In this document: positions 7,684 to 17,298 of the stretch, piece by piece
Layout: every line of letters starts with the position of its first letter
Position numbering within the stretch: the first letter of the stretch is position 1
Source: Candidatus Caldarchaeum sp.
Lineage (GTDB): Archaea > Thermoproteota > Nitrososphaeria_A > Caldarchaeales > Caldarchaeaceae
Direction of reading: 5' to 3'
DNA length: 64,000 bases
Assembly (NCBI GenBank): GCA_038896555.1
Contig: JAWACZ010000003.1
Coordinates: 4,249 to 68,248, forward strand
Made by a program: the position numbers and the translations under genes
The notes under the pieces: model-generated
The model's database searches: none
The model's input: only the letters and a program-made list of their open reading frames with translations
What the model was told of the DNA's origin: nothing

Positions 7684-10301
7684 GCTGTAACACGTCTGAA
7701 TCCCGTTTTTTTATGTTTTATCAATAGAAGAGCCGTCGCAAACGCGATGGAGGCTGTTGACAGGGCTGTGAAAGGCGTGGCTGGAAGAACCACCACCGCA
7801 AGCCCGTTTTCAGGGGATATTTCGAACTCGTATGCGAAGAGCTGAGATCGGAGAGTTGCTTTCGTGGCCTTGAACGTGACCTGTGGGAAAACTGTCTGCC
7901 CCGCCTGGTCCAGCTCGGCCACAGCCTCAACAGCCTCTCCGTTTCCAAGCCAGATCTTGGAACCCACAAAGGGAACACCTAGGAAATCGGAGACCTTAAC
8001 AACGAGCCTGCGAACCTGCACAGGAATCTCCACAAGGCCAGGGTCTTGCACCGAAAGCTCCTCGCCGGTTTTCACGTCCACCTGCCTGAAGTACACTGCG
8101 GCTAGCCTATGTCTTCCAACGGGCATCCACGTCGGTGATGACTGGTGAAGCCGAATCTCGGCCCCTTCTTGGAGAGCTACGTCGGCGAACGCCTGTACAG
8201 GCTCGCCGTCAACGGATATGAAGCGGGGGTCTATCAGCACTTCCTCCCGGTAGACAGCGTTTACAGTCTTGGGGCCGTCCGCCAAGACCTCAACCCTAGA
8301 CCCCCGCACAAAGCCGTTCATACCCTCCCAGTTAATGAAAACATAACGTCTGTCCGGCTCCTTCTGTATGATGGGCTCAGCTTCAACCGTTAGTTTTTGC
8401 CGCATCGGCCACCAGACGAACTCTGTTTGGAAAGGCTTTTGAACCGTTATCAGGGCCTCATACGTCCATTCGGCTTTCAGCTCGGAGGGCGCATCGACTT
8501 GAAACGTTTGTACTGGCTGCGGCCCCACCCCCAGCCATCCAACAAACCTGTAGCGAAGCCCTTTACCAACCTCTCGGATGACAGGTTCTGCGTCCAAAAT
8601 GATTCTTCCACCTCTTTCATACCAACCAGATTTTGTGTTGACAGGCTGGTCTGACTCGACTTTCACGTAGTAAAGAACTTGGTACCGTGCTTCTGCGTGG
8701 AGGGGTGAGTTGATGAAAATGGATATATTGGCCGATGTTTGGTCTAGCCCTATCCAGCCGTTGAACACTGCTTTCGTCCCGTTCTCCCAAACAATGTTGG
8801 AAACCGCCTCGACGTTGACCAGCTGCCCTTCTCGAACCCATTCATCTAGAAGAACGTGTTTGCCATGGCTGCTTTTCACTATTACGTGAAACTCTTTAAC
8901 CCAGGTTGCTGTCACGGTCGCTGGCTTTGTTAAGACGAACTCGTATAAGCCCTCGCCCGCCCGCCTGTAAGAGGTGGTTATGTTCAGGGCCTCAATCCTG
9001 TATCGCACCCCCTCGCCTACAACCACCTTGTCTTGAAGAACTTTTATGGTGACGGTGGAGCCTTCCGCATACCATCCTCCGCCCTGCAGCACCTCGAAAT
9101 CCGAAACAACCTTCACCCTGTACTCCTTAAGGTAACGGGCTTCAAGGGTCACGGGAGAAGTTACAGTAATACTTCTCCTAGCCTCAACGCTTCCGTCGCT
9201 CCATCTCACGAACTTCAACCTTTCATCCTGCGAAACAGAAACTATCTCAGGGGTTTCAACGAGGATGGGTTGCCCGCGTCTGACCCATTCCTCAGCAGCC
9301 TGACCCAGCCTTTCCAGTTTCACCAGATAGTAAACGCCATAGCGTGCGACGAGGTCTGCTTCGGATCTGACAAGGTACTCCAACGAAGTAGAATCTGAAA
9401 CCCTCAACCCGTTGACGTACCATCCTTCAAACAAAAGCTTGCTGCCGTTTCCGAAGTCGATAACAGGGCTTGCGTCAAACCTGAAAACAGAGCCGTAAAC
9501 CATCTGTTGAGTATGCAGTAGGGTTTGGCCTAGTTCAGACTCGGCGATGACACGCACCCTCAGCATCTCTGGCAGCGGAGAAACATACTTGTATACTATG
9601 TTGTCGGGCAGGAAAACCGTGGACATGCTTGGAGCCCTGAAGGAAGAGCCTTCAAGCCACGCATACGCAACAGCAAGAGCGTATATGTTTAATGTAGAGG
9701 GCAGGTCGGCTATGTTAACGTAGTCGTACATCAGGTCCGAGCTGTATGTTGAGTGGTCGAGGCCTAGTGCGTGACCGTATTCATGGGCTACAACTTTGTA
9801 AGCCAGAGACGCGCTGTTGCCCACACATGTTTTGGATATCTGTATTGTGGCCCTTAAGATAGCCCGTGTGATGCTGTTGAACCTCAAGGTCGTTAGCCCG
9901 CACACACTACCGCCTAAAGTCTCAACGTATGCTATGGAAACGTCAGCGTCTACATCTCTCAAAACATAGCTGTACCTAAACGTGAGAAGATAAACGTACC
10001 CATACTCGTTCGTAAAGCCCCTTATGCTTCCATACCATATTTCCACCCCTCTTCTTGCTGCAGCGTCGAAAACCTCCGAGCCTGAGGGACGGATGTAGAC
10101 GTTGAGGATTGTTTTTGCCCAAGAACCTATCAAGCCGATGCTTCTACCCGATGTTTGAAACGGTGTATGATCTTCTGCGGAGATTATGGATATGGTTATT
10201 TCATGTTCAGCAAAAAGCAGGTTTAGGGGTGGAAGGACAATCGCTAAGAAAACCAGAGTAAGATATACGGCAGCCCCCTTTCTCATCTGTTCCCCAAACA
10301 A
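7680..10301 (-). CDS. Secreted/membrane-anchored matrixin-like zinc metalloprotease with B-repeat array
   Basis: N-terminal hydrophobic signal. Metzincin site VVAHEYGHALGLDHS with a Met-turn candidate SDLMYDY. Then at least 5 repeats with the GWY...x(F/V)xGW...A.Y pattern (FEGWYVNG, FVRWSDGS, FNGWIGL, FVGWLGV, FINWEGM). C-terminal TM followed by a basic tail (LLLIKHKKTGFRR). Confidence 0.8.
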   Translation of the reverse strand: MFGEQMRKGAAVYLTLVFLAIVLPPLNLLFAEHEITISIISAEDHTPFQTSGRSIGLIGSWAKTILNVYIRPSGSEVFDAAARRGVEIWYGSIRGFTNEYGYVYLLTFRYSYVLRDVDADVSIAYVETLGGSVCGLTTLRFNSITRAILRATIQISKTCVGNSASLAYKVVAHEYGHALGLDHSTYSSDLMYDYVNIADLPSTLNIYALAVAYAWLEGSSFRAPSMSTVFLPDNIVYKYVSPLPEMLRVRVIAESELGQTLLHTQQMVYGSVFRFDASPVIDFGNGSKLLFEGWYVNGLRVSDSTSLEYLVRSEADLVARYGVYYLVKLERLGQAAEEWVRRGQPILVETPEIVSVSQDERLKFVRWSDGSVEARRSITVTSPVTLEARYLKEYRVKVVSDFEVLQGGGWYAEGSTVTIKVLQDKVVVGEGVRYRIEALNITTSYRRAGEGLYEFVLTKPATVTATWVKEFHVIVKSSHGKHVLLDEWVREGQLVNVEAVSNIVWENGTKAVFNGWIGLDQTSANISIFINSPLHAEARYQVLYYVKVESDQPVNTKSGWYERGGRIILDAEPVIREVGKGLRYRFVGWLGVGPQPVQTFQVDAPSELKAEWTYEALITVQKPFQTEFVWWPMRQKLTVEAEPIIQKEPDRRYVFINWEGMNGFVRGSRVEVLADGPKTVNAVYREEVLIDPRFISVDGEPVQAFADVALQEGAEIRLHQSSPTWMPVGRHRLAAVYFRQVDVKTGEELSVQDPGLVEIPVQVRRLVVKVSDFLGVPFVGSKIWLGNGEAVEAVAELDQAGQTVFPQVTFKATKATLRSQLFAYEFEISPENGLAVVVLPATPFTALSTASIAFATALLLIKHKKTGFRRVTA

Positions 10302-10432
10302 ACCTGCTCGAAGATAAGTTTTTACGGATGCGGCTCAGTCAAATGCCTCGCTGTCATACCATCCTCATAACTCTGAGACATCACCGCCGCAGCATAGACA
10401 TATCAATAGGCTGTTCTTAACCTTAAACAGGC

Positions 10433-11218
10433 ATGGCAGAAGACGAAAACGTCATCAAAGAAGCCGACAGAGTCTTGATAGTCACGGAGAAAAAGAAGAG
10501 ATACCTAATCCAAATAAGGTCTGGTAAGAAGTTTCACTGCAGCGAAGGTTTTATCGATACCTCTATTTTGGTGGGTAAGGCATATGGATGCTCCATCGTC
10601 AGCAACATAGGCTCGCGATGGAATATTTTCAAGCCCACAATCCTCGACAGAGTTCTGTTTTTCCCAAGGACGACACAAATAGTGTACCCTAAAGACCTTG
10701 GGTACATCGTCGTAGCCTCGGGGATAGGGCCGGGAAGCCGTGTTTTAGAGGCTGGCACTGGGACAGGTGTTCTCACAACTATGCTAGCCTACCTAGTCAG
10801 GCCGACGGGGAAAGTCTACAGCTATGACGTCAAAGCAGATTATCTTGAAGCGGTTTCGGTCCGGCTGAGGCAGCTGGGTTTGTCCGAATACGTAGAGCTG
10901 AAACAAGGCGATGTAAGCCATGGTGTAGAAGAAAAAACCTTGGACTCAGCGATAATAGACGTGCCTGAGCCGTGGGCCGCTGTCGAAGCCTGCCGTGAGG
11001 CCCTTAGGCCCAGCGGGGTTTGGGTGTCCTTGAGTCCAACGGTGGAGCAGGTTGTCCAAACCTTCGAGGCTTTAGAGAAAGCTGGGTTCGGAGACCTCTC
11101 ATGCGTAGAGATTTTGATGAGAAACATACGGATCAAAAGAGGTATGACCAGGCCCGAATTCTTAATGAGGGGCCATACAGCCTACATAGTTACAGCGAGA
11201 AAAACCGTGGAGGACTAA
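10433..11218 (+). CDS. trmI: tRNA (adenine-N1)-methyltransferase TrmI/Gcd14 family
   Basis: N-terminal beta domain (RVLIVTEKKKRYLIQ), then SAM motif I VLEAGTGTGVLT and the family-typical IDVPEPW. Confidence 0.85.
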   Translation: MAEDENVIKEADRVLIVTEKKKRYLIQIRSGKKFHCSEGFIDTSILVGKAYGCSIVSNIGSRWNIFKPTILDRVLFFPRTTQIVYPKDLGYIVVASGIGPGSRVLEAGTGTGVLTTMLAYLVRPTGKVYSYDVKADYLEAVSVRLRQLGLSEYVELKQGDVSHGVEEKTLDSAIIDVPEPWAAVEACREALRPSGVWVSLSPTVEQVVQTFEALEKAGFGDLSCVEILMRNIRIKRGMTRPEFLMRGHTAYIVTARKTVED

Positions 11219-11829
11219 ACTTTCTTCCAGGTCACGTTTTTTCTAACCTCGTTCATCGCCTGAGCAATCTCTCGGGCTGCGTCTTCAGCATGCTGGAAAG
11301 GGTATGTCTGGGGATAGTTTAGAGATATTATCTTCAAGTAACACATGGCTGCGTTAGCCGCCGCGACAACAAACTGTCTGCCAACCTGCTGGTCCAGCAT
11401 TATCTCCTCAAGGGTTGAAGCCTCCCGTTTACGGCCGGCGCCAGCCAAGTCGTCCTTAATCCTTCTTTCAGCAATATCTTCGGGCCTGCTTTCTATGTAA
11501 ACAATTAGGTCTGGCTTGATTATTTTTACAACTTCTGAAGGAAGCCCAGGATAGTAGCCCGAGCTCGTTTTAATCACGGAGTGTGTATCCACCACGACGT
11601 TCGTCATGACAGCTATCTTCTCAGCAGCCATTAGCTGAAGCTTCTGATAATCCGGCAAGCTCAGCATTCTCCGCATGTCGTCTCTATGAACTATCCCATA
11701 GCTTCTGGCAGCTTCCTCAAACATGATGTCGCCAAAGTTGACGACCCTAACATCGGGCATTATCTCGACAAGCTTCTTCAGCGTAGTGGTTTTCCCCGAA
11801 CCAGGTAAAGCCGTAACCACTGTTTTCAC
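11215..11829 (-). CDS. adkA: Adenylate kinase, archaeal type
   Basis: P-loop ALPGSGKTT, and FGDIMFEEA...HRDDMRRM...VDTHSVIKTSSGYYPGLP, collinear with archaeal AdkA. Confidence 0.9.
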   Translation of the reverse strand: MKTVVTALPGSGKTTTLKKLVEIMPDVRVVNFGDIMFEEAARSYGIVHRDDMRRMLSLPDYQKLQLMAAEKIAVMTNVVVDTHSVIKTSSGYYPGLPSEVVKIIKPDLIVYIESRPEDIAERRIKDDLAGAGRKREASTLEEIMLDQQVGRQFVVAAANAAMCYLKIISLNYPQTYPFQHAEDAAREIAQAMNEVRKNVTWKKV

Positions 11830-12034
11830 AAGTTTAACGTTTCACGGACTGTTAAATACCTACCCTAAGCGGTTGAAGCCTTCATCGACGCCATGGATGA
11901 CAGGCTGGTAGTTTTCTCCTTTTGGAAATTAGACACCAGCCGCTGTTGAACTCCAGGCTATCCGGTGAAGTGCAGTTAAAAACAGTCAAAGGCCGTAAGC
12001 TGTATCCTTTGTACTGCAGATTCGATGATAGGAT

Positions 12035-12895
12035 TTAGCCACCAGGTAGCTCCAGCTGTTTTTCAAGTTTCTGCTTCATCGAAAGATATTCGCTCTGCTT
12101 CAACTCTCCAATCTTGTACCTGAGCTCGAGCTTGGTGAGCTCCTTCTTTATCTTATGGTGTTGTTCCATGAGCACGTCGAGCACTTGGAGGGCTGAGTTT
12201 ACGTCTTCCTCAATTTGGCTCATTGTTGTTTCTTTAAGGCCTAGCTCCTTGCCGCTTGTCTTGATTTTGTTGAGCCTTTCCTCTAGCTGTGTTTTGAATG
12301 CTGGCAGGTCAGCAAGTCTTATGTTGAACGGGTTTCTGAGATACATCAGCTTGGGCCGAAGCCGCCCCATCTCCCTCTCTATCTCCAGCTTCTGTGTTAT
12401 ATATTGTCTATCCGGTATTTCCCCCACCTCATGCTTCACTCTCAGCTTATCCAAGTTTGCGCTCAAGGAGCTTATCCTCTCATCGACTTTTTTGATCTCG
12501 GCCTCACGTCTCTCGTTGAGAGTGCGCAGCCTTGACCTATATTCGGTGAAGAGCTCTTCGAAAACTTCCGGGTCGGCCTCACGTTCGAGGAAAAGGTCGA
12601 TCAAACGGAAATACCATGAATATACAGAGGAAGTCTGGTCGACCAACCTTTTTTCCTCAACTACAGCCTCTTCAACCGCGGCTGGGGCCGGTGCTGCAGC
12701 GGCCTCCACCGTCTCTGGAGCTATCTCGGCCGGGGGCTGTTCCGCTGGTGTTGGAGGAGTCTCCTCAATAACAGGCTTTGGCATCTCAGCCGGCTTTTCC
12801 AACGTGTATCCGCAGTATATGCAGAATTTTCCCTTGATGGTCAGCCTGTGACAGTTCGGGCATTCGACTCTTGTTGACGCCAATTCGGAAAACAA
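12035..12895 (-). CDS. Zinc-ribbon protein with Pro/Ala linker and long coiled-coil (possible CdvA-like helical domain)
   Basis: CPNCHx11CIYCG ribbon, a PAEQPPAEIAPE..APAPAAVEE linker, then about 200 aa of helix with the repeated motifs VGEIPDRQYITQKLEIE and IGELKQSEYLSMKQKLEKQLE. Coding call is solid; function is tentative. Confidence 0.6.
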   Translation of the reverse strand: MFSELASTRVECPNCHRLTIKGKFCIYCGYTLEKPAEMPKPVIEETPPTPAEQPPAEIAPETVEAAAAPAPAAVEEAVVEEKRLVDQTSSVYSWYFRLIDLFLEREADPEVFEELFTEYRSRLRTLNERREAEIKKVDERISSLSANLDKLRVKHEVGEIPDRQYITQKLEIEREMGRLRPKLMYLRNPFNIRLADLPAFKTQLEERLNKIKTSGKELGLKETTMSQIEEDVNSALQVLDVLMEQHHKIKKELTKLELRYKIGELKQSEYLSMKQKLEKQLELPGG

Positions 12896-13066
12896 CGGCT
12901 CCTCAGCCTAATAAAACTTACTTAAGGGGTTTTGACACGTGTTTGGGGTTTTATACGGCGGTGCATCGCTGAGTATTCGGATTCAGGGTCTTTCGGGATT
13001 TCGTGGACGTTATAAGAGCTAGATACGCTTGAAAAGGTTTTAAGCCGCCAGAATTAAGCTTGCACG

Positions 13067-13306
13067 ATGTCGGAAAAGGAGACAAACCTTCCATCGGCCC
13101 CGATACACCGGCTGATGAAGAAGGCCGGCGCTACCAGGGTCAGCGAGGACGCGGCCGAGGAGCTAAGACGGGTTTTGGAAAACGTTGGAACAATCATAGC
13201 CAAAGAAGCCTTCGAGCTCGCCCAGTACGCGGGGAGGAGAACGGTCAAGAGAGAGGACGTTGAAAGGGCTGCAAAAACAGTTTTGAGAAACGTTCTCATT
13301 AGTTAG
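13067..13306 (+). CDS. Archaeal histone (HMf family)
   Basis: 79 aa histone fold: LPSAPIHRLMKKAGATRVSEDAAEEL...AQYAGRRTVKREDVERA. Confidence 0.9.
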   Translation: MSEKETNLPSAPIHRLMKKAGATRVSEDAAEELRRVLENVGTIIAKEAFELAQYAGRRTVKREDVERAAKTVLRNVLIS

Positions 13307-13316
13307 ATGCTTTAGA

Positions 13317-13326
13317 TTTATATATA
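13317..13326 (+). promoter_or_regulatory. TATA box candidate for the thermosome gene
   Basis: TTTATATATA lies about 40 nt upstream of the ATG at 13362. A GAGGT Shine-Dalgarno-like element is at 13348-13352. Confidence 0.4.
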
Positions 13327-13361
13327 CCCCATACAAGGCTAAGTCCAGAGGTTGATGTAGC

Positions 13362-14990
13362 ATGTCCTTGGCACCAGGTCAGCCAGTAATAGTTTTGAAG
13401 GAGGGCACCACGAGAACGCAGGGAAAATCTGCACAGAGAAACAACATTGCAGCCGCGAAAATAATTGCTGAAATAGTAAGGACAACCCTTGGCCCGAAAG
13501 GAATGGATAAGCTGCTCGTAGACAACATCGGCGATGTCATCGTCACAAACGACGGTGCTACGATACTGGAGAAAATAGACGTCGAACACCCGGCCGCTAA
13601 GATGATAATCGAGGTTGCGAAGTCTCAGGACCATGTTGTAGGCGACGGGACCACGACAGCTGTCGTGCTGGCGGGCGAGCTTTTGAGGAAGGCTGAGGAG
13701 CTCATCGAGCAGAAGATCCATGCAAGCACCATTATCTCAGGATACAAGAAGGGACTCGACATGGCGCTGGGTGAGCTGAACCAAAACGCAATTAAAATCG
13801 AACTCAACGACCGCCAGACACTCCGTAAAGTTATCACCACGGCGTTGGGAAGCAAGTCTCTTGGCTTCGCTCTCGACAGGCTTGTGGACATTGCCATAGA
13901 CGCCGTTCTGAGCGTTGTTAAGGAGGTTGACGGCAAGCTCAAGGCCGACAAAGACGACATCCAGATCGTTAAGAAGATCGGAAAAAGCCTTGGAGAGACG
14001 GAGCTGGTCAGAGGTGTTATTGTCGATAAAGAGGTTGTGCACGCAGCCATGCCCAAACGTGTAGAGAACGCTAAGATAGCTCTTATAGACAGCCCGTTCG
14101 AGATCGAGAAAACAGAATTCAGCGCAGAGATAAGGATTAGAGACCCGTTGAAGATTAAGGAGTTCCTCGACGAGGAAACAAACATTCTCAAGGGCATGGT
14201 GGACAAGGTGAAGGCTGTCGGCGCGAACGTTGTGTTTTGCCAGAAAGGAATCGATGACGCAGCACAGTTCTTCCTCGCGAAGGAAGGCATACTGGCTGTG
14301 AGAAGGGTCAAGAAGAGCGACATGGAGAAGCTCGCCAAAGCAACGGGGGGAAGGATAGTTACGAACTTTGAAGACCTTTCGCCGAAGGACCTTGGCAAGG
14401 CAGGGCTTGTCGAGGAGAGGAAGATCGGAGAAGACAGGATGGTGTTTGTTGAAAAGTGCGAAAACCCGAAATCAGTGGCCATCCTCCTCCGAGCTGGGCT
14501 GGAGAGACAGCTGGACGAGGCGGAGAGAGCTTTGAACGATGCGATTATGAACATGATCGACTTGGTTGACGACGCAAGGGTGGTTCCGGGCGGAGGGGCC
14601 ATAGAAGAGGAGCTCGCCAGGCAGCTGAGGGCCAATGCTGGAAAGCTCTCCGGCAAGGAGCAGCTTGCTTTCACCGCCTTCGCCGAGGCATTGGAAGTTA
14701 TTCCCAAGACGCTGGCTGAAAACGCTGGGCTTGAGCCTGTGGAGATAATGGCTCAACTACGTCATGCCCACGACAACGGCGGGAGAACCGTGGGAGTCAA
14801 CATATTCGGCGGCGGAGTTGCAGACATGCTGAAGAACGGCGTGCTAGAGCCGGCGAAGGTAAAGATTCACGCCCTCAGGTCGAGCTTCGAAGCAGCCTCC
14901 ATGATACTGAGAATAGACGACGTTGTAGCGGCTTCCAAGAAGAAGGAAGAGAAGAAGAAAGAGAAGGAAGAGGAGACGCCTGAATTTTAA
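13362..14990 (+). CDS. ths: Thermosome (group II chaperonin) subunit
   Basis: [32 protein letters not shown] and [11 protein letters not shown] motifs, with a K/E-rich C-terminal tail. Confidence 0.97.
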   Translation: MSLAPGQPVIVLKEGTTRTQGKSAQRNNIAAAKIIAEIVRTTLGPKGMDKLLVDNIGDVIVTNDGATILEKIDVEHPAAKMIIEVAKSQDHVVGDGTTTAVVLAGELLRKAEELIEQKIHASTIISGYKKGLDMALGELNQNAIKIELNDRQTLRKVITTALGSKSLGFALDRLVDIAIDAVLSVVKEVDGKLKADKDDIQIVKKIGKSLGETELVRGVIVDKEVVHAAMPKRVENAKIALIDSPFEIEKTEFSAEIRIRDPLKIKEFLDEETNILKGMVDKVKAVGANVVFCQKGIDDAAQFFLAKEGILAVRRVKKSDMEKLAKATGGRIVTNFEDLSPKDLGKAGLVEERKIGEDRMVFVEKCENPKSVAILLRAGLERQLDEAERALNDAIMNMIDLVDDARVVPGGGAIEEELARQLRANAGKLSGKEQLAFTAFAEALEVIPKTLAENAGLEPVEIMAQLRHAHDNGGRTVGVNIFGGGVADMLKNGVLEPAKVKIHALRSSFEAASMILRIDDVVAASKKKEEKKKEKEEETPEF

Positions 14991-15010
14991 ACCTTTTTCG
15001 GTTTTTTCAA
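14991..15010 (+). terminator. Oligo-T terminator candidate after the thermosome gene
   Basis: T5 (14994-14998) and T6 (15002-15007) runs lie directly after the TAA at 14988-14990. Archaeal termination typically uses oligo-T tracts. Confidence 0.4.
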
Positions 15011-15057
15011 AAACTTTTCCAAACACTTTTTAGGAGACTGAAGACGTTCCCTCAGGC

Positions 15058-15432
15058 ATGAGAATGGCTGCTGTTTTAGGAACGCTGGTGGGTGTCGGTG
15101 TTTTTGTCCAGATTTTGCTGGGCGAAACCGGGTTTGCTGCAGGCTCTTTAAGAGATGTGCACGCCATCATCGGGCTGCTGGGCTTGGCTGTCGTGATCGC
15201 CTATGTTGTCACAGCACGGGGAAGCTTGGCCAGGCTTGCTGCCGCGCAGTTTGTTGCGTTGATAACTTTTGCTCAGGTTGTTTTGGGACTGTCGCTCTAC
15301 GGCCTGCTTTCCATTGGAATGGGGCATGAAGCGCTAAAGCTCAGTCACAGGGCTACAGCATACATCCTCTTCCTCTCAGGCCTCGCCGTCAGCGTTTTTT
15401 CCGTGCTTTCCCGAAGACGGACGAAAACCTGA
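15058..15432 (+). CDS. Small integral membrane protein (4 TM), unknown function
   Basis: 124 aa with four hydrophobic stretches and no recognisable motif. Confidence 0.55.
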   Translation: MRMAAVLGTLVGVGVFVQILLGETGFAAGSLRDVHAIIGLLGLAVVIAYVVTARGSLARLAAAQFVALITFAQVVLGLSLYGLLSIGMGHEALKLSHRATAYILFLSGLAVSVFSVLSRRRTKT

Positions 15433-15469
15433 AAATCTCGTTTAAATTTAAGCAAGGCATTGTTATTCC

Positions 15470-16675
15470 ATGGTTTTTCCGTTCTCCTCCGTTTTCGATT
15501 TTTCGGTTGAGGTTAAAGAAGAGTACGAACTCTTCAGGAAGTCTGTCCGCGAGTTTGCTGAAAGGGAGCTGGAGAAACATGTGGCGGAGATTGAGAGGAC
15601 AAACAAAATTCCCGAGTTCCTTCTGAAAAAAGCGGCTGAACAGGGTTATTTCGGGCTCGGCATCCCTGAAGAGTATGGGGGGCAGGGGACGGACATTATG
15701 TATAACACGCTTTACGTCGAGGAGATATCCCGTGTCTGCCCAGCCTTTACGGTGGCCACCTTGGTTCACGGGCTTTTCACATACCCCGTGTTGGTTTTCG
15801 GGACGGTGGAGCAGCGGCGAAAGTATCTACCGCCGTTGGCTAGGGGTGAGAAACACGCATGCCACGCCACCACGGAGCCTGGGGCAGGCACCGACGTCGC
15901 CGGCATCGAAACAACAGCCAAGAGAAAGGATGGCGGCTGGGTCATAAACGGAAGGAAATACTTCATCTCCGGCGCCGACAAAGCCGACTATTTCATAGTG
16001 TTGGCGAGAACATCTCCTCCCCCAAGCCGTAAGGAGAGAAACAAGGGGCTTACTTTTTTCATCGTCGGAAGGGAAACGGAGGGGCTTAGGGTTGGCGAGA
16101 AGATAGAGGTTTTAGGCATCCGAGGGAGCCATCCGTCGGAGGTAATTCTGGACAACGTTTACGTTCCCGAGGAGAACATGGTTGGCGAGGAGGGGCAGGG
16201 TTTTAAGATCGCCATGGAGACATACGACCACGGAAGAATTGGGGTTGCGGCCCAGGCTGTCGGAGTGGCTCAGGCATGCTTCGAGAAAAGCCTACAGTAC
16301 GCGCTGCAGAGAAAAGCCTTCGAAAGGCCTTTGATATATTTTCAGGCTGTCCAGTTCCATATCAGCGAGATGCTTACAGCTCTGGAAGCCGCTAGGCTGA
16401 TGCTCTACTGGGCTTCTACGATGGCTTTGAAGAACAAGCAGGGAGCTGTCATGGCTGCTTCGATGGCTAAGCTCTTCGCGACAGAGGTGGCTGAAATGGC
16501 TGCTCTGAAGGCTGTTTCAGTGCATGGAGGAATGGGCGTAGCTTTAGACGGAATGGTTGAGAGATTTTTACGGGATTCACAGATATTCAAGATATACGAA
16601 GGTGTCAACGACATCCAGAAGCTTGTCATCCTCCGTCAGATGCTAAAAACCACTTTCGGGATGGACGTAGACTGA
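15470..16675 (+). CDS. Acyl-CoA dehydrogenase
   Basis: TEPGAGTDVAG, GxKxFISGA (GRKYFISGADKA) and IYEGVNDIQ motifs. 401 aa. Confidence 0.93.
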   Translation: MVFPFSSVFDFSVEVKEEYELFRKSVREFAERELEKHVAEIERTNKIPEFLLKKAAEQGYFGLGIPEEYGGQGTDIMYNTLYVEEISRVCPAFTVATLVHGLFTYPVLVFGTVEQRRKYLPPLARGEKHACHATTEPGAGTDVAGIETTAKRKDGGWVINGRKYFISGADKADYFIVLARTSPPPSRKERNKGLTFFIVGRETEGLRVGEKIEVLGIRGSHPSEVILDNVYVPEENMVGEEGQGFKIAMETYDHGRIGVAAQAVGVAQACFEKSLQYALQRKAFERPLIYFQAVQFHISEMLTALEAARLMLYWASTMALKNKQGAVMAASMAKLFATEVAEMAALKAVSVHGGMGVALDGMVERFLRDSQIFKIYEGVNDIQKLVILRQMLKTTFGMDVD

Positions 16676-16737
16676 TTAGAGATAATTCAACTCCACAACC
16701 TTTTTTAGTAAAGTTCTAGCCACATGTTGATGGGGAC

Positions 16738-17298
16738 ATGGCCTCTTTCGTCAGGCTGGCAGCTGGAGCGTTAGTAAGCCTCGCCATAATACTGCTGCTA
16801 TCTACCGTTGAGCTTTCCTTCCCCCAACCCCTTCAGGCTGTGGTTATCTCATTGGTCTTGACGGCGGTGGCTTCAGGTTTTGTAGCAGGCTCGGCAGCCA
16901 CGGCCGCCGCCGGAACTTTCATCGGCGGCTTTGCAGCACTTGTTCTCGCAATACTCTGGAATGTAACGCTCTGGTCGCCTTCTCCTGTTCCATCCGACAT
17001 GCCCATCATCAGAACACTCCTACTGGGTGGAGCAGCCGTCCTAGCGGCGGGTGTCGGCTTTGTCAAGGGAAGCATACTCCACAAAACCCCCGTCCCCACT
17101 GAACCGCGGAAAGAACAGTCTCAAGCCGTGCAACCGCAGGATTCAAGCCAGGTCACGTCCCCGCTTATCCCCGAATCCAAGCCTACCCCCGTTGTGTTGG
17201 AGGTCGAGAATAGGATATGCAAGTTTTGCAGTAGCGTTATACCGGCTGAGTCTGTGTACTGCCCCATGTGTGGAGCTAAACTGGTTGAGGAAGAGTGA
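16738..17298 (+). CDS. Membrane protein with C-terminal zinc ribbon
   Basis: Four hydrophobic segments, a Pro/Ser/Gln linker, then CKFCx12CPMCG. Its stop overlaps the lhr GTG (GTGA at 17295-17298). Confidence 0.65.
   Translation: MASFVRLAAGALVSLAIILLLSTVELSFPQPLQAVVISLVLTAVASGFVAGSAATAAAGTFIGGFAALVLAILWNVTLWSPSPVPSDMPIIRTLLLGGAAVLAAGVGFVKGSILHKTPVPTEPRKEQSQAVQPQDSSQVTSPLIPESKPTPVVLEVENRICKFCSSVIPAESVYCPMCGAKLVEEE

Noticed and set aside
11830-12034. Possible C/D-box sRNA in the 205-nt spacer after adkA
   Set aside because: I looked for RUGAUGA and CUGA box pairs. Only imperfect matches (GGATGA, CGATGAT) were found, without correctly spaced D or D' boxes or terminal complementarity.
12114-12851. 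245-aa plus-strand ORF opposite the zinc-ribbon/coiled-coil gene
   Set aside because: The product is extremely Ser/Leu-rich with no motif. The minus-strand frame has a proper zinc ribbon, heptad periodicity and repeated motifs, so the minus strand is taken as coding.
13625-14707. 360-aa ORF antisense to the thermosome gene
   Set aside because: It lies entirely inside an unambiguous thermosome CDS. Its product is Ser/Ala/Leu-rich low complexity, typical of the mirror frame of a GC-balanced, E/K/A-rich gene.
14930-14990. Purine-rich AAG/GAA repeat tract
   Set aside because: It encodes the K/E-rich C-terminal tail of the thermosome subunit. This is a coding low-complexity region, not a regulatory repeat.
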